Shown here: one piece after another, positions 9,295-22,457 of the stretch | How positions within the stretch are numbered: the stretch's first letter is position 1 | Layout: every line of letters begins with the position of its first letter | Assembly (NCBI GenBank): GCA_965218295.1 | Contig: CBDCKN010000010.1 | Span: 1-64,000, forward strand | From: Longimicrobiales bacterium | Lineage (GTDB): Bacteria > Gemmatimonadota > Gemmatimonadetes > Longimicrobiales > Gaopeijiaceae | DNA length: 64,000 nt | Direction of reading: 5' to 3' | Translations under genes and position numbers: made by a program | The notes under the pieces: generated by a model | The model's database searches: none | The model's input: the letters and a program-made list of their open reading frames with translations, nothing else | Told to the model about the DNA's origin: nothing

Positions 9295-10697
9295 TTCCCA
9301 CGGGTACCACTGCCGAAGGGCCACCGGAGGCCCCACTGTGGAGCGGCCGGATCGAAGGCTCCATGTCTCCGGAGATGGTTCCGCTGAACCGCAGCCTCGA
9401 TGTAGATATCCGGCTGTGGCCCCAGGACGTGCGAGGGAGCTGTGCCTGGGTCCGCGCCCTCGAGCGGGCGGGCGTGCTCAGCGAGGCGGAGGGAGAAACG
9501 CTGATCGAAGGGTTAGACCGGGTGGCGGGGCGCCTCACGAACAGGGACCACTCCGGCGAGCACGACGAGGACATCCACTCGCTCGTCGAGCGACTCCTGC
9601 ACGAGGAGGTGGGAGACGTGGCCGGGAAGCTCCATACCGGACGATCCCGAAACGACCAGGTGGCGACGGACTTCCGGCTCTGGGGCATGGAGGTGGTGGA
9701 TGCTCTCCGTGCCGGGCTCCGCGGTGTTCAGGGTGCGTTGCTGGACTGGGCCCGGGACTCCCTGGACATCATCCTTCCGGGCTACACACACCTCCAGCAG
9801 GGCCAGCCCGTCCGGGCGGCGCACTGGGCGCTCTCCCACTTTTGGCCGCTGGAGCGTGACGGAGAGCTCTTGGACGCCGCCGGTGCACACGCGGCCGTCC
9901 TACCGCTGGGCTCCGGTGCCATCGCCGGATGTCCGTTCCCCATCGATCGGGAGCTCATCCGGGAGGAGTTGGGGTTCGATCGCGTCTCCGAGAACAGCAT
10001 CGACGCAGTGAGTGACCGCGACTGGGCGGTGGAGCTCTCCTTCGCCGCGGCTCGCATCGGCGTTCATCTGTCGCGTCTGGCCGAGGATCTCGTGCTGTTC
10101 GGATCCAATGAGTTCGGGTTCGTGCGCCTGTCCGACGGGTTCAGTACCGGCTCCAGCCTCATGCCCCAGAAGAGGAACCCCGACGTGGCCGAGCTGGTCC
10201 GTGGCAAGGCGGGGCGCCTCATAGGCAACCTCATGTCGCTCCTCACGGTCTTGAAGGGTCTGCCCACGGGCTACAACCGTGACCTGCAGGAGGACAAGGA
10301 GACGCTCTTCGACTCGGTGGACACGCTGGCGGTGGTGCTACCGGCCGTGGCAGGCGCGGTGCGTACGGCGGAGTTCCAACCCGCTCGCATTGAGGCGGCG
10401 TTGGATACGCAGCTTCTCGCCACGGACCTCGCCGACTACCTGGTGAGGGCCGGCGTTCCGTTCCGGAAGGCCCACGAGGCCGTCGCTAACGTCGTGCGCA
10501 TTGCGGAGGAGCGTGGAGTGGTGGTGGACGGTCTCGAGCTGGACGACTTCCGAGCGGCACACCCGTCCTTCGGATCGGACGTGCTGGACGTCTTCTCGTG
10601 GGATCGCTCCGTGGAGGCTAGGAGCGCGTCCGGCGGCACGGCGCGGACTGCGGTCCAGGCGCAGATCGAGGCGGCGGCCGGCAAGCTCGGCTCCTAA
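9291..10697 (+). CDS. argH: Argininosuccinate lyase
   Basis: LWSGR, EDIHSLVE, KLHTGRSRNDQVATD, PGYTHLQ, GSSLMPQKRNPD; GTGA overlap with argG. Confidence 0.96.
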   Translation: MIPTGTTAEGPPEAPLWSGRIEGSMSPEMVPLNRSLDVDIRLWPQDVRGSCAWVRALERAGVLSEAEGETLIEGLDRVAGRLTNRDHSGEHDEDIHSLVERLLHEEVGDVAGKLHTGRSRNDQVATDFRLWGMEVVDALRAGLRGVQGALLDWARDSLDIILPGYTHLQQGQPVRAAHWALSHFWPLERDGELLDAAGAHAAVLPLGSGAIAGCPFPIDRELIREELGFDRVSENSIDAVSDRDWAVELSFAAARIGVHLSRLAEDLVLFGSNEFGFVRLSDGFSTGSSLMPQKRNPDVAELVRGKAGRLIGNLMSLLTVLKGLPTGYNRDLQEDKETLFDSVDTLAVVLPAVAGAVRTAEFQPARIEAALDTQLLATDLADYLVRAGVPFRKAHEAVANVVRIAEERGVVVDGLELDDFRAAHPSFGSDVLDVFSWDRSVEARSASGGTARTAVQAQIEAAAGKLGS

Positions 10698-10706
10698 GTC
10701 AGGTTC

Positions 10707-11741
10707 TTAAGCTTCGGCGGGCACCCTCCCTAGGCTCCTTCCCACCGCCGCCGCGAAGGGCCCCAGTCCCTCCATCAGCGAGTCGAACTCCCCGAACTTC
10801 AGGGATTGCTCTCCGTCCGACACGGCCATCTCCGGATCAGGGTGGACCTCGATGAGGAGACCGTCGGCTCCGGCCGCGATGGCTGCGTACGAGAGGGGGG
10901 CCACCAGATCCTGCCTTCCTCCGGCGTGGCTCGGATCGGCGATCACCGGGAGGTGCGTCTCCTTCTTGAGGACCGGGATGGCGGCCAGATCGAAGGTATT
11001 CCGGGTGGCGTCCTCGAAGGTCCGGATCCCCCGCTCGCACAGGATCACGTTCATGTTGCCCTGCTTCATGACGTACTCGGCGGCCAGGAGAAGGTCCTTG
11101 ATCTTGGCAGACATCCCCCGCTTGAGCAGGATGGGCCGGTGGAGGTGGCCTACCTCGGTGAGCAGCGAGAAGTTCTGCATGTTGCGGGCGCCGATCTGGA
11201 GCACGTCGGCATAGGCCGCCACCAGCTCTACCAGCCGGGTATCCATGACCTCGGTGACCACGGGAAGGCCGGTGGTCGCCCGGACCTCGGCCAGCATCTT
11301 GAGGCCCTCTTCACCGAGGCCGTCGAAGGAGTAGGGCGAGCTCCTGGGCTTGAAGGCTCCGCCTCTCAAGCCCACGGCCCCCGCGGCCTTCACGCGCTTG
11401 GCGGTCTCGGAGAGCATCCCCATCCCTTCGACCGAGCACGGGCCGGCGATCACCATGAGCGCCTCGCCTCCGATAGAGCCGTCTCCCAGAGACACCTGCG
11501 TGGGCCCGGCACTGAATTGCTGGCTCGCCAGCTTGTAGGGCTTCATGACGGCGTGAACCGCCTCTACGCCTGGGATCGAGAGCAGGGGCGCGTGGGCCAG
11601 CCGCTCTTCGTCGCCGATGCACCCGATCACGGTCCGGTGCTCGCCCCGGGACAGATGGGTGCGGAGCCCCAGGGCCTCCACTCGCTCACGTATGTGGTCG
11701 AGCTCGTCGTCCGTCACGTCATGGCGCGTGATGATGATCAT
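10707..11741 (-). CDS. aroF: 3-deoxy-7-phosphoheptulonate (DAHP) synthase, class I-beta with N-terminal regulatory domain
   Basis: [56 protein letters not shown]. Confidence 0.95.
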   Translation of the reverse strand: MIIITRHDVTDDELDHIRERVEALGLRTHLSRGEHRTVIGCIGDEERLAHAPLLSIPGVEAVHAVMKPYKLASQQFSAGPTQVSLGDGSIGGEALMVIAGPCSVEGMGMLSETAKRVKAAGAVGLRGGAFKPRSSPYSFDGLGEEGLKMLAEVRATTGLPVVTEVMDTRLVELVAAYADVLQIGARNMQNFSLLTEVGHLHRPILLKRGMSAKIKDLLLAAEYVMKQGNMNVILCERGIRTFEDATRNTFDLAAIPVLKKETHLPVIADPSHAGGRQDLVAPLSYAAIAAGADGLLIEVHPDPEMAVSDGEQSLKFGEFDSLMEGLGPFAAAVGRSLGRVPAEA

Positions 11742-11774
11742 GGTTTCTTTCTCGTGTCGTGTCCGCCACCCTAC

Positions 11775-11803
11775 AAAAAAAGCCCCCGACTGAGTCGGGA
11801 GCC
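11775..11803 (-). terminator. Attenuator terminator in the aroF leader
   Basis: Minus strand GGCTCCCGAC-TCA-GTCGGGGGC-TTTTTTT, about 35 nt before the aroF ATG. Confidence 0.85.
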
Positions 11804-11840
11804 TCGGGACGGAGCGCGTTCCGTGTTCAGTGCGCGCGCG

Positions 11841-11909
11841 TCAGCCGCCGGCTCCCGTGGGGGGGCGATAGAAAAAATAATAGGCCTGGCATGCGCGCTG
11901 ACAAATCAT
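11841..11909 (-). CDS. aroF leader peptide MICQRACQAYYFFYRPPTGAGG (22 aa)
   Basis: Five consecutive Tyr/Phe codons TAT TAT TTT TTC TAT (11882-11868), followed by an antiterminator segment and terminator. Confidence 0.8.
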   Translation of the reverse strand: MICQRACQAYYFFYRPPTGAGG

Positions 11910-11916
11910 GGAGCGT

Positions 11917-11945
11917 AAGCTGCCCAGACGCCCGAGTTGAGTCAA
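11917..11945 (-). promoter_or_regulatory. Promoter of the aroF leader, probably leaderless transcript
   Basis: TTGACT (11945-11940), 17 bp, CAGCTT (11922-11917); leader ATG begins 7 nt after the -10 with no SD. Confidence 0.55.
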
Positions 11946-12038
11946 GGAGCGGGCTGGTCTCGGCCCACTGGGACCGATAGATTTCGCCACGAAAATCGCC
12001 CATGAGACCCTGGTTTCTCGACTCTTGGAGGATCGTCC

Positions 12039-12977
12039 ATGTCCACTGCCACCGCGGCTCCCGAGACCCCGGTGACCGGCACCGTTGGCCGACCCGTCTT
12101 GGATGAGCTCGACCTGCCGCTCGGCAAGCGCGTGCGTCTCCGCCGCCTGCTCTATGGCCGAGGGCTCAAGAACGGGACGCTCCTCATGCTGCCCATCGAT
12201 CAGGGCCTCGAGCATGGACCCATCGACTTCTTCCCGAACCCTCCGTCACAGGATCCGGACTTCCAGTGGCGTCTCGCCCTGGAGGGAAACTTCAACGCCG
12301 TGGCGTGCCATTACGGTCTCGCCCGGAAGTACATGTCCAAGTACGCCGGTGAGGTGCCGCTCCTCCTCAAGATCAACGGGAAGACGACGATCCCCTCGGA
12401 TGCCGATGCCCTCTCGACGATGACGGGCAGTGTGGAAGACGCGGTGGCGTTGGGAGCCGACGCCGTCGGATACACGCTCTACGTGGGCTCGCCTCGGCAG
12501 GATGAGGATATCCAGCAGCTCCAGATGGTCCGCGAGGACTGCGACAAGTACAACATGCCGCTCGTGGTCTGGTCCTATCCGCGCGGATCGGCCATCGAGG
12601 GGAAGGGCGGACGGGACAGCCTTTACGCGGTGGACTATGCCGCCCGGGTGGCCCTGGAGCTGGGAGCGGACATCGTCAAGCTGAACATTCCCAAGCACGG
12701 CCCCAAGGATGGGGATCAGCCCAAGGACTATGCAGAGATCGACTACGACTACGGCGAAGGCGCCAGGCGCGTGGTCGTGTCTGCCGGTCGCGTCCTGGTG
12801 CTCTTCTCCGGAGGGAGCAGGCTCGGCGACGACGACCTGATGAACAAAGCCCGCACCGCCATGGAAGCGGGTGCCACTGGGCTCATCTTCGGCCGAAACA
12901 TGTGGCAGAGGCCCTTCGACGAGGCGCTGGCCATCAGCGAGCGGGTTCACGACATGATGAAGGAATTCGGGGCCTGA
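12039..12977 (+). CDS. Class I fructose-bisphosphate aldolase (DhnA/FbaB family)
   Basis: LPIDQGLEHGP, GADAVGYTLYVGS, WSYPRG, GADIVKL (Schiff-base Lys), IFGRNMWQR. Confidence 0.9.
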   Translation: MSTATAAPETPVTGTVGRPVLDELDLPLGKRVRLRRLLYGRGLKNGTLLMLPIDQGLEHGPIDFFPNPPSQDPDFQWRLALEGNFNAVACHYGLARKYMSKYAGEVPLLLKINGKTTIPSDADALSTMTGSVEDAVALGADAVGYTLYVGSPRQDEDIQQLQMVREDCDKYNMPLVVWSYPRGSAIEGKGGRDSLYAVDYAARVALELGADIVKLNIPKHGPKDGDQPKDYAEIDYDYGEGARRVVVSAGRVLVLFSGGSRLGDDDLMNKARTAMEAGATGLIFGRNMWQRPFDEALAISERVHDMMKEFGA

Positions 12978-13011
12978 GCGATCCACACGCCTGCCTGCTC
13001 GGGAATCGGGC

Positions 13012-13719
13012 TTGGCCGACGCCGAAACTCTGAAGCGAGCCGCCGGCCTGGAGGCGGCAGGACTCGTCGAGGCCGGTATGCGTGTCGGTCTGGGCACCGG
13101 CTCGACCGTAGCTCACTTCCTCCTCTTTCTCGCCGAACGGCTCAAGCGTGGCGGGCTCCGGAACGTGTTGGGCGTGCCGACGTCCCTCTGGACGGCCCGG
13201 GAGGCCAGAGAGCTGGGGATCCCCCTGACGTCGTTGGCCGAGCACCCCTTTCTGGACCTGACCGTAGACGGCGCGGATGAGGTGGACCCCCACATGAACC
13301 TCATCAAGGGCCTGGGCGGTGCGCTCCTGCGGGAGAAGATGGTCGCCCAGGCCTCTTCGCGGCTCGCCATCATCGTGGACGACGCGAAGGTGGTGGACAG
13401 GCTGGGCCAGAGATCTCCCGTGCCGGTCGAGGTCGTCCAGTTCGGCTGGGAGGTCCACGAGAAATTCCTGGAGTCGCAGGGTGCCCGACCGGTCATCCGC
13501 AAGCGTTCCGATCGGCAGCCTCTCACCACGGACAACGGGAACTACATCATCGACTGCCACTTCCCCGACGGCATCGACGATCCCGAGGCGCTTGACGCCG
13601 CCCTGGCCTCCAGGGCAGGAATCGTCGAGTCCGGGCTCTTCCTAGGCATGGCCACGGAGGTGGTGGTAGGCGCTCAGGACGGCGTGCGGCATCTCTACGC
13701 CGAGGGGGGATCATCATGA
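13012..13719 (+). CDS. rpiA: Ribose-5-phosphate isomerase A
   Basis: GLGTGST, DGADEVD, IKGLGGALLREK, TDNGNYIID. Confidence 0.96.
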   Translation: MADAETLKRAAGLEAAGLVEAGMRVGLGTGSTVAHFLLFLAERLKRGGLRNVLGVPTSLWTAREARELGIPLTSLAEHPFLDLTVDGADEVDPHMNLIKGLGGALLREKMVAQASSRLAIIVDDAKVVDRLGQRSPVPVEVVQFGWEVHEKFLESQGARPVIRKRSDRQPLTTDNGNYIIDCHFPDGIDDPEALDAALASRAGIVESGLFLGMATEVVVGAQDGVRHLYAEGGSS

Positions 13720-14393
13720 GCGTCAAGATCGCGCCTTCCATCCTGTCGTCCGATTTCGGTCGTCTGGCCGAGCAGGTAGCGGAATCCGCCGAGGCGGGGG
13801 CGGACTGGATCCACGTCGACGTCATGGACGGTCACTTCGTACCGAACATCACTATCGGGCCGGCGGTCACGGCGGCGGTGCGGGCGGCCACGGATCTTCC
13901 GGTGGACGTGCACCTCATGATCGAGCAGCCGGAACGGTATCTGGAGGCGTTCGCCGACGCCGGCGCGGATTTTCTGACAGTGCACCAGGAAGCCTGCAGG
14001 CACCTTCACCGCACGCTGGAGCAGATCCGTGAGCTGGACGTCCGTCCCGGAGTGACTCTGAACCCGGTCACACCCGTGGAGACCCTCACGGAGATCGTGC
14101 CCTACCTGGACCTTGCGCTCGTCATGTCGGTCAATCCGGGCTTCGGTGGGCAGTCCTACATACCTTCGAGCACGGAGAAGATCGCACGCCTCCGGCGGAT
14201 GCTCGACGAGAACGGGGTGGAGGGCGCCGAGCTCGAGGTGGATGGGGGCGTGGACCACCATACGGCAGGAGCCGCGGCGGGTGCGGGCGCTACCGTGCTG
14301 GTGGCCGGATCGGCGGTGTATCGACACCCGGGCGGGATCGCCGAGGCCATCCGGCTCATCAGAGAGTCGGCGGAGAGCGTGGCGGCTGATTGA
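13716..14393 (+). CDS. rpe: Ribulose-phosphate 3-epimerase
   Basis: IAPSILS, HVDVMDGHFVPN, DVHLMI, MSVNPGFGGQ, EVDGG. Confidence 0.97.
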   Translation: MSVKIAPSILSSDFGRLAEQVAESAEAGADWIHVDVMDGHFVPNITIGPAVTAAVRAATDLPVDVHLMIEQPERYLEAFADAGADFLTVHQEACRHLHRTLEQIRELDVRPGVTLNPVTPVETLTEIVPYLDLALVMSVNPGFGGQSYIPSSTEKIARLRRMLDENGVEGAELEVDGGVDHHTAGAAAGAGATVLVAGSAVYRHPGGIAEAIRLIRESAESVAAD

Positions 14394-14552
14394 CCGAGCG
14401 TGGCGGCGGGCTCGTCGACCAGTTATTGCCACACCGTCCGGGTGTCTCCGAACCGCATCCGGAAAGACCGGCGTGATCGTAGGGTCATGACGAGGCGCCG
14501 AGCGACGCAAATCCTGGAATTGTCGTGCCCTAAACGCTAGACTGGAAAAAGG

Positions 14553-14915
14553 ATGCCTATGGAACCGACCATCATCGATCTCGACACCCTCGAACGCCTC
14601 GAGGGTTGGGGAGGGCTTAAGCTCGTCAACGAGATGATTCGGCTGTTCCTTGAGAACGGTCCTACCCGTATGGATCAGATCCGGACTGTGCTGGAGGATG
14701 GCGGCTTGGACCAGCCCGAGCGAGGGGCTCACTCGCTCAAGTCCAGCGCGGCGAACATGGGAGCGGAGCATGTGCGACGGATCGCCGACAAGATCGAGAT
14801 CGCGGCCTCGGCCGGTGAGGCCCAACGTGTCCGTGAGCTTCTCCCCGATCTGGAGGAGGCCTTTGCCGAGGCCTGGACGGAACTGGAAAACATCTTGCAA
14901 GGATCATCCGAATGA
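14553..14915 (+). CDS. Hpt phosphotransfer domain protein
   Basis: AHSLKSSAANMGA motif; ATGA overlap with the downstream response regulator. Confidence 0.88.
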   Translation: MPMEPTIIDLDTLERLEGWGGLKLVNEMIRLFLENGPTRMDQIRTVLEDGGLDQPERGAHSLKSSAANMGAEHVRRIADKIEIAASAGEAQRVRELLPDLEEAFAEAWTELENILQGSSE

Positions 14916-14962
14916 AGCCCAAGATCGCGGTGGTGGAGGACAATCCGGACAACCGGCTGTTG

Positions 14963-16339
14963 GAGGTTGGGTCAATAGGTGTGTAAACGTATTAGGCGGC
15001 GTTCTTCCGCTGTTGGTGTGAGACGGGCTTTCCGTCTTCGAACTTTCTTCCTTCAAATACGTCCTTGAGGAGGTGAGGAGCGTCGAGCCTTCGGAACCGC
15101 TTCTCAGCCACCAAGAGCAACTTCCAGATTAGCGCCGTAGCGCTCTCGACCCGCTTGAACCGCTTCGCTGCTGTCGTCCTGAGCCGTACCGCGGCGAACG
15201 GGCTCTCGACCACGTTCGTCGTGCGTAGATGCTTCCAGTGGTCCTCGGGGAAGTCGTAGAACGCTACCATTCGCTCCCAGTCGTCCTCGAGTACGTCCAC
15301 TGCTTTCGGATACCACGGCCTATAGCGTCGGGCGAACACCTCGCGGGCCTTCAGGGCCTCGGCCCGGCTCGGTGCGTAGACCACGGCCCGGAGAAGATCC
15401 TTCGCCTCGCCCTGCTCCCGCTGAGGTAGTCGGTCCAGCACGTTCCTCATCTTGTGGTTCCAGCACCGTTGCTCACCCGCCTCAGGCCATACCTGCCGTA
15501 CTGCGCCCCAGATCGCAGCGTTACCGTCCGCCATCAGAAGCCGGGGCGCCTCGATGCCGCGTGCCTTCAGGTCCCGCAACACCTCGGACCAGGACTCGAC
15601 CGACTCTCGGTAGCCCGCTCTCAGGGCCAACACCTCTTTCGTCCCGTCTCGCATGGCACCCAGCACCACCAGCAGCGCCGCTTTGTCCCGCTCCAGCCCT
15701 GCCTTCACATAGATCCCGTCCGCCCACACGTAGACGACCTCACGACCCTCCAGGCGACGCTGGCTCCATTCCTCGAACTCCGCCGTCCATCCCGCCCGCA
15801 GCCGCCGAATCGAAGACTTCGACAGCGGTGCCCCCTCGCCCAGCAGGCCCCGCATCGCCAACTCGAAGTCTCCCTCCGCCAGTCCGTGCAGATACAGCTC
15901 CGGAAGCAGAGCGCCCAGCTCCTTCGTCCGCCTCGCGAACAACGGCAGCACGCGGCTCTCGAACCGCTCCTCAAGGCCTCGAACTCGAGGGCGTCGGAGT
16001 GTGATCGTGCCCGAGCTCATCGCCAGCCGCCTCGGCTTGCCGTATCCGTTGCGGTAGCCCTCGGTCGCGTCCACCACCCTCCTGCGCTCTGACTTCTCTC
16101 GCCCTAGCAACTCCGTGACTTCCTCCTCCAAGATCTGTTGAATGAACTCCTGCGCCTTCTCCCGAACCACTTCTTCCAGAACTTCCCACACGGGCGTCCT
16201 GGACTCACCCTCGGGTCCCACCGTATTCTTCCTCACGAGGCGTCGTTCCTTTCCCCCGGGCTGTCACCCGGAGTTCGCTGGTTATTACTCAGCGGAAAGG
16301 TACGTCGCCTCTCTTTTACACACCCTTTGATCCTAGCTC
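14963..16339 (-). mobile_element. IS256-family insertion sequence, copy 1 (1377 bp) with 8-bp target duplication
   Basis: Imperfect TIRs GAGGTTGGGTCAATAGGTGTGTAAA / GAGCTAGGATCAAAGGGTGTGTAAA; GGCTGTTG at 14955-14962 and 16340-16347. Confidence 0.93.
14992..16236 (-). CDS. IS256-family (Mutator) transposase
   Basis: GYRNGY, YVWADGIY, LLMADG, EQRCWNHK, HLRTTNVVES. Confidence 0.93.
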   Translation of the reverse strand: MRKNTVGPEGESRTPVWEVLEEVVREKAQEFIQQILEEEVTELLGREKSERRRVVDATEGYRNGYGKPRRLAMSSGTITLRRPRVRGLEERFESRVLPLFARRTKELGALLPELYLHGLAEGDFELAMRGLLGEGAPLSKSSIRRLRAGWTAEFEEWSQRRLEGREVVYVWADGIYVKAGLERDKAALLVVLGAMRDGTKEVLALRAGYRESVESWSEVLRDLKARGIEAPRLLMADGNAAIWGAVRQVWPEAGEQRCWNHKMRNVLDRLPQREQGEAKDLLRAVVYAPSRAEALKAREVFARRYRPWYPKAVDVLEDDWERMVAFYDFPEDHWKHLRTTNVVESPFAAVRLRTTAAKRFKRVESATALIWKLLLVAEKRFRRLDAPHLLKDVFEGRKFEDGKPVSHQQRKNAA

Positions 16340-16668
16340 GGCTGTTGGTGGAAGTGCTTCTCGAGGACGAGTACGAGATTTCGGAGTACGAGACGGGCCC
16401 TGAGGCCGTCGCGGGCCTGCCCGAGAACGTGCCCGATCTGGTGCTCCTGGACATTCTCCCTTCCCGGAATGGATGGCACCGAGGTCCTGGAGTGGATCCG
16501 TTCTCAAGACGAGTTTGTCGACCTCCCCGTCATCGCACTCACGGCCCACGCCATGTCGGGCGATCGGGAGAAGTACCTGGAAATGGGGTTCAACGACTAC
16601 CTGACCAAGCCGATCATCGACGAGGACTTGCTCATGGGGGCCATTGAGCGACTGTTGACCGGAACGCC

Positions 16669-20148
<3,480 letters not shown>

Positions 20149-20153
20149 GAGGC

Positions 20154-21542
20154 ATGCCTGAGTTCGTTCTGCGGAGCCGGTTGAATCACCCTCTCGACAA
20201 GGTCTTCGCCTGGCATATGCGCCCAGGGGCCCTCGAGCGCCTCATTCCGCCCTGGGAGAGTGTCGAGATCCTGAAGCGCTCAGGCACGCCGGCCGACGGC
20301 GGCCGGATCCTCTTCCGGGTTCGACGCGGGCCCACCGATGTCAAGTGGGAGGTGAGGCACACCGATTTCGAGGAGGGCGTGTCGTTCCGGGATGAGCAGA
20401 CTCGCGGTCCGTTCACGCGATGGGTCCACACGCACCGATTCGAGCCTACGGAGACGGGCGGGTGTCTGGTGGAGGATCACGTGGACTGGGAGCTCCCCAT
20501 GGGCGTGGCCGGGCAGCTGCTCGGAGGGTCCACCGTGGAGCACGAGCTCGAGCGCCTCTTCACGTTCCGGCACCAGAGGCTGGCCAACGATCTCGACCGC
20601 ATCGACCGCTACCGGGAGGACCGGACCCTGAAGGTCGGCGTGACCGGCTCTACCGGCCTCATCGGCCATGCCCTGTGCGCCATGCTCACCACGGGGGGAC
20701 ACCGGGTCGTCCGGCTGCGACGGGATGCAGGGGCGCTCGGCCCCGACGACGCGCTCTGGAATCCGAGTGGCGAGCCCGAGGACATGAGCAAGCTCGAGGG
20801 ACTGGACGCGGTCGTGCACCTGGCTGGGGAGCCTCTGCTGGGCCTTCGATGGACCGACGAGAAGAAGAAGCGCATCTGGCGGAGCCGTGTGAAGGCGACG
20901 GAGTCGCTGGCCCGCACCCTCGCCCAGCTCAGACGGCCTCCCCGGGTGCTCGTGGCCTCCTCGGCTGTGGGGTACTACGGCGACCGGGGCAATCAGGTGC
21001 TCACGGAGAGCTCCAAGCCCGGGAAGGGGTTTCTCGCGGAGCTCTGTAAGGCCTGGGAAGAGGCTACGCGACCGGCCGCCAGAATGGCCATTCGGGTTGT
21101 GAACCTCCGTGCCGGCCTGGTCCTGACGCCGGCTGGAGGCGCATTGGGCACCATGCTCCTCCCCTTCAAGGTGGGGATCGGAGGTCGGCTGGGGAGCGGC
21201 CGGCAGTACGTGAGCTGGATCGATCACGATGACGTGCTGAGCTTGATCCTCCACGTGATACGCACCGACACCATACGGGGGCCCGTGAACGCCACCACAC
21301 CCTATCCCGTGCCCAACTCGACATTCACCAGCACCTTGGGCAGGGTGCTCCACCGACCGACCCTCGTGCCCGTCCCCAGCCTGGCGGTGAAGGTTCTCTT
21401 CGGGGAGATGGGCACCGAAATGTTGCTTTCGAGTGCCCGGGCGCGACCGGCCGTGGCCGAGGAGACCGGGTTCGAGTTCATATATCCCGGTTTGGAGGAG
21501 TCGTTGCGGTATCAGCTGGGCAGGGAAGTCGTCCCGCCTTGA
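20154..21542 (+). CDS. SRPBCC domain fused to TIGR01777-family NAD-dependent epimerase
   Basis: VFAWHMRPGALERLIPPW, DEQTRGPF.RWVHTHRF; VTGSTGLIG, VVHLAGE, LGSGRQYVSWI. Confidence 0.87.
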   Translation: MPEFVLRSRLNHPLDKVFAWHMRPGALERLIPPWESVEILKRSGTPADGGRILFRVRRGPTDVKWEVRHTDFEEGVSFRDEQTRGPFTRWVHTHRFEPTETGGCLVEDHVDWELPMGVAGQLLGGSTVEHELERLFTFRHQRLANDLDRIDRYREDRTLKVGVTGSTGLIGHALCAMLTTGGHRVVRLRRDAGALGPDDALWNPSGEPEDMSKLEGLDAVVHLAGEPLLGLRWTDEKKKRIWRSRVKATESLARTLAQLRRPPRVLVASSAVGYYGDRGNQVLTESSKPGKGFLAELCKAWEEATRPAARMAIRVVNLRAGLVLTPAGGALGTMLLPFKVGIGGRLGSGRQYVSWIDHDDVLSLILHVIRTDTIRGPVNATTPYPVPNSTFTSTLGRVLHRPTLVPVPSLAVKVLFGEMGTEMLLSSARARPAVAEETGFEFIYPGLEESLRYQLGREVVPP

Positions 21543-21597
21543 TCCCACGGCGCCCCGACCCTCTTGGTGTCTCGCGAACTTCGGAAACGGAACACTA
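21528..21597. repeat. Truncated MITE copy (right half)
   Basis: GTCGTCCCGCCTTGATCCCACGGCGCCCCGACCCTCTTGGTG...CGAACTTCGGAAACGGAACACTA nearly identical to the ends of copies at 30996 and 36406. Confidence 0.9.
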
Positions 21598-22248
21598 GCT
21601 CGCGTGCTCGAACCCGCCGTCGGGACTCAGGGGCGGGTAGGGTGCTCCTCGCTCCCGATAGTGCCGGGCCACCCTTGGATAGGCCCACTCGAAGAGGATC
21701 CGCTCGAACTCGGTCTCGTCCAGGCGAGAGGCGTCGTACATGCCGGCAGCCTGCCTCTGGCGGAAGGCCTCGAAGAGTAGGATCGCCGTGGCCACCGAGA
21801 CGTTGAAGGAGTGAGCCATCCCCACCATGGGGATCACGACGTGCTCGTCAGCGAGAGCGAGCCCCTCCTCGCTGAGTCCCAGGAGCTCCGCACCCATCAT
21901 GATGGCTGTGGGCCGTGTGTAGTCGACGGCGCGGAAGTCCGTAGCGTCGGGTCCGGGGTGGGCCGCCAGTACGCGGAATCCTAGGCCCTTCAAGGTCTCC
22001 ACAGCATCTCTCGTGGTGGCGTGCCGGACCACCTTGATCCACTTGGACGTGCCTGCGGACGTGTGTCCGTGGATGTCCAACCCCTCCGGTGGTGGCACCG
22101 CGTGAGCTTCCAGCACGCCCACGGCATCGCAGTTGCGTAGGATGGCCGAGAGGTTGTGGCTCTTATGGACCCGCTCCATGAGCACCGTAAGGTCCGGCTG
22201 GCGCCGGCGCAGTGCCGAAGTAAGCTTGGAAAGGCGCTCGGGGTTCAT
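21595..22248 (-). CDS. trmH: tRNA (guanosine(18)-2'-O)-methyltransferase
   Basis: RRQPDLTVLMERVHKSHNLSAILRNCDAVG, GAELLGLS, IPMVGMAHSFNVSVA. Confidence 0.93.
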   Translation of the reverse strand: MNPERLSKLTSALRRRQPDLTVLMERVHKSHNLSAILRNCDAVGVLEAHAVPPPEGLDIHGHTSAGTSKWIKVVRHATTRDAVETLKGLGFRVLAAHPGPDATDFRAVDYTRPTAIMMGAELLGLSEEGLALADEHVVIPMVGMAHSFNVSVATAILLFEAFRQRQAAGMYDASRLDETEFERILFEWAYPRVARHYRERGAPYPPLSPDGGFEHAS

Positions 22249-22457
22249 CGATGGCAGGGGGTCCGGGCGGCGGGTGTCATGTCTTCGATTGCCCTCGTTG
22301 TCGGTTGCTCAATAGAATGGCGACTTGTCGTAGCCCTGACCATGGCCGACCGAGCACCGCGAAGCGGGCGTAAGTCAATCGCGAGACGTTCTAATATCCG
22401 GGAGCTGCTTGGATCGCTGGATCGCCTCGTCTCCCTCCTCGGGAGTGAACTGGAACC

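Noticed and set aside
16327..16355. IS256 outward hybrid promoter driving the kinase
   Set aside because: TTGATC is present in the TIR but there is no plausible -10 at 16-18 bp.
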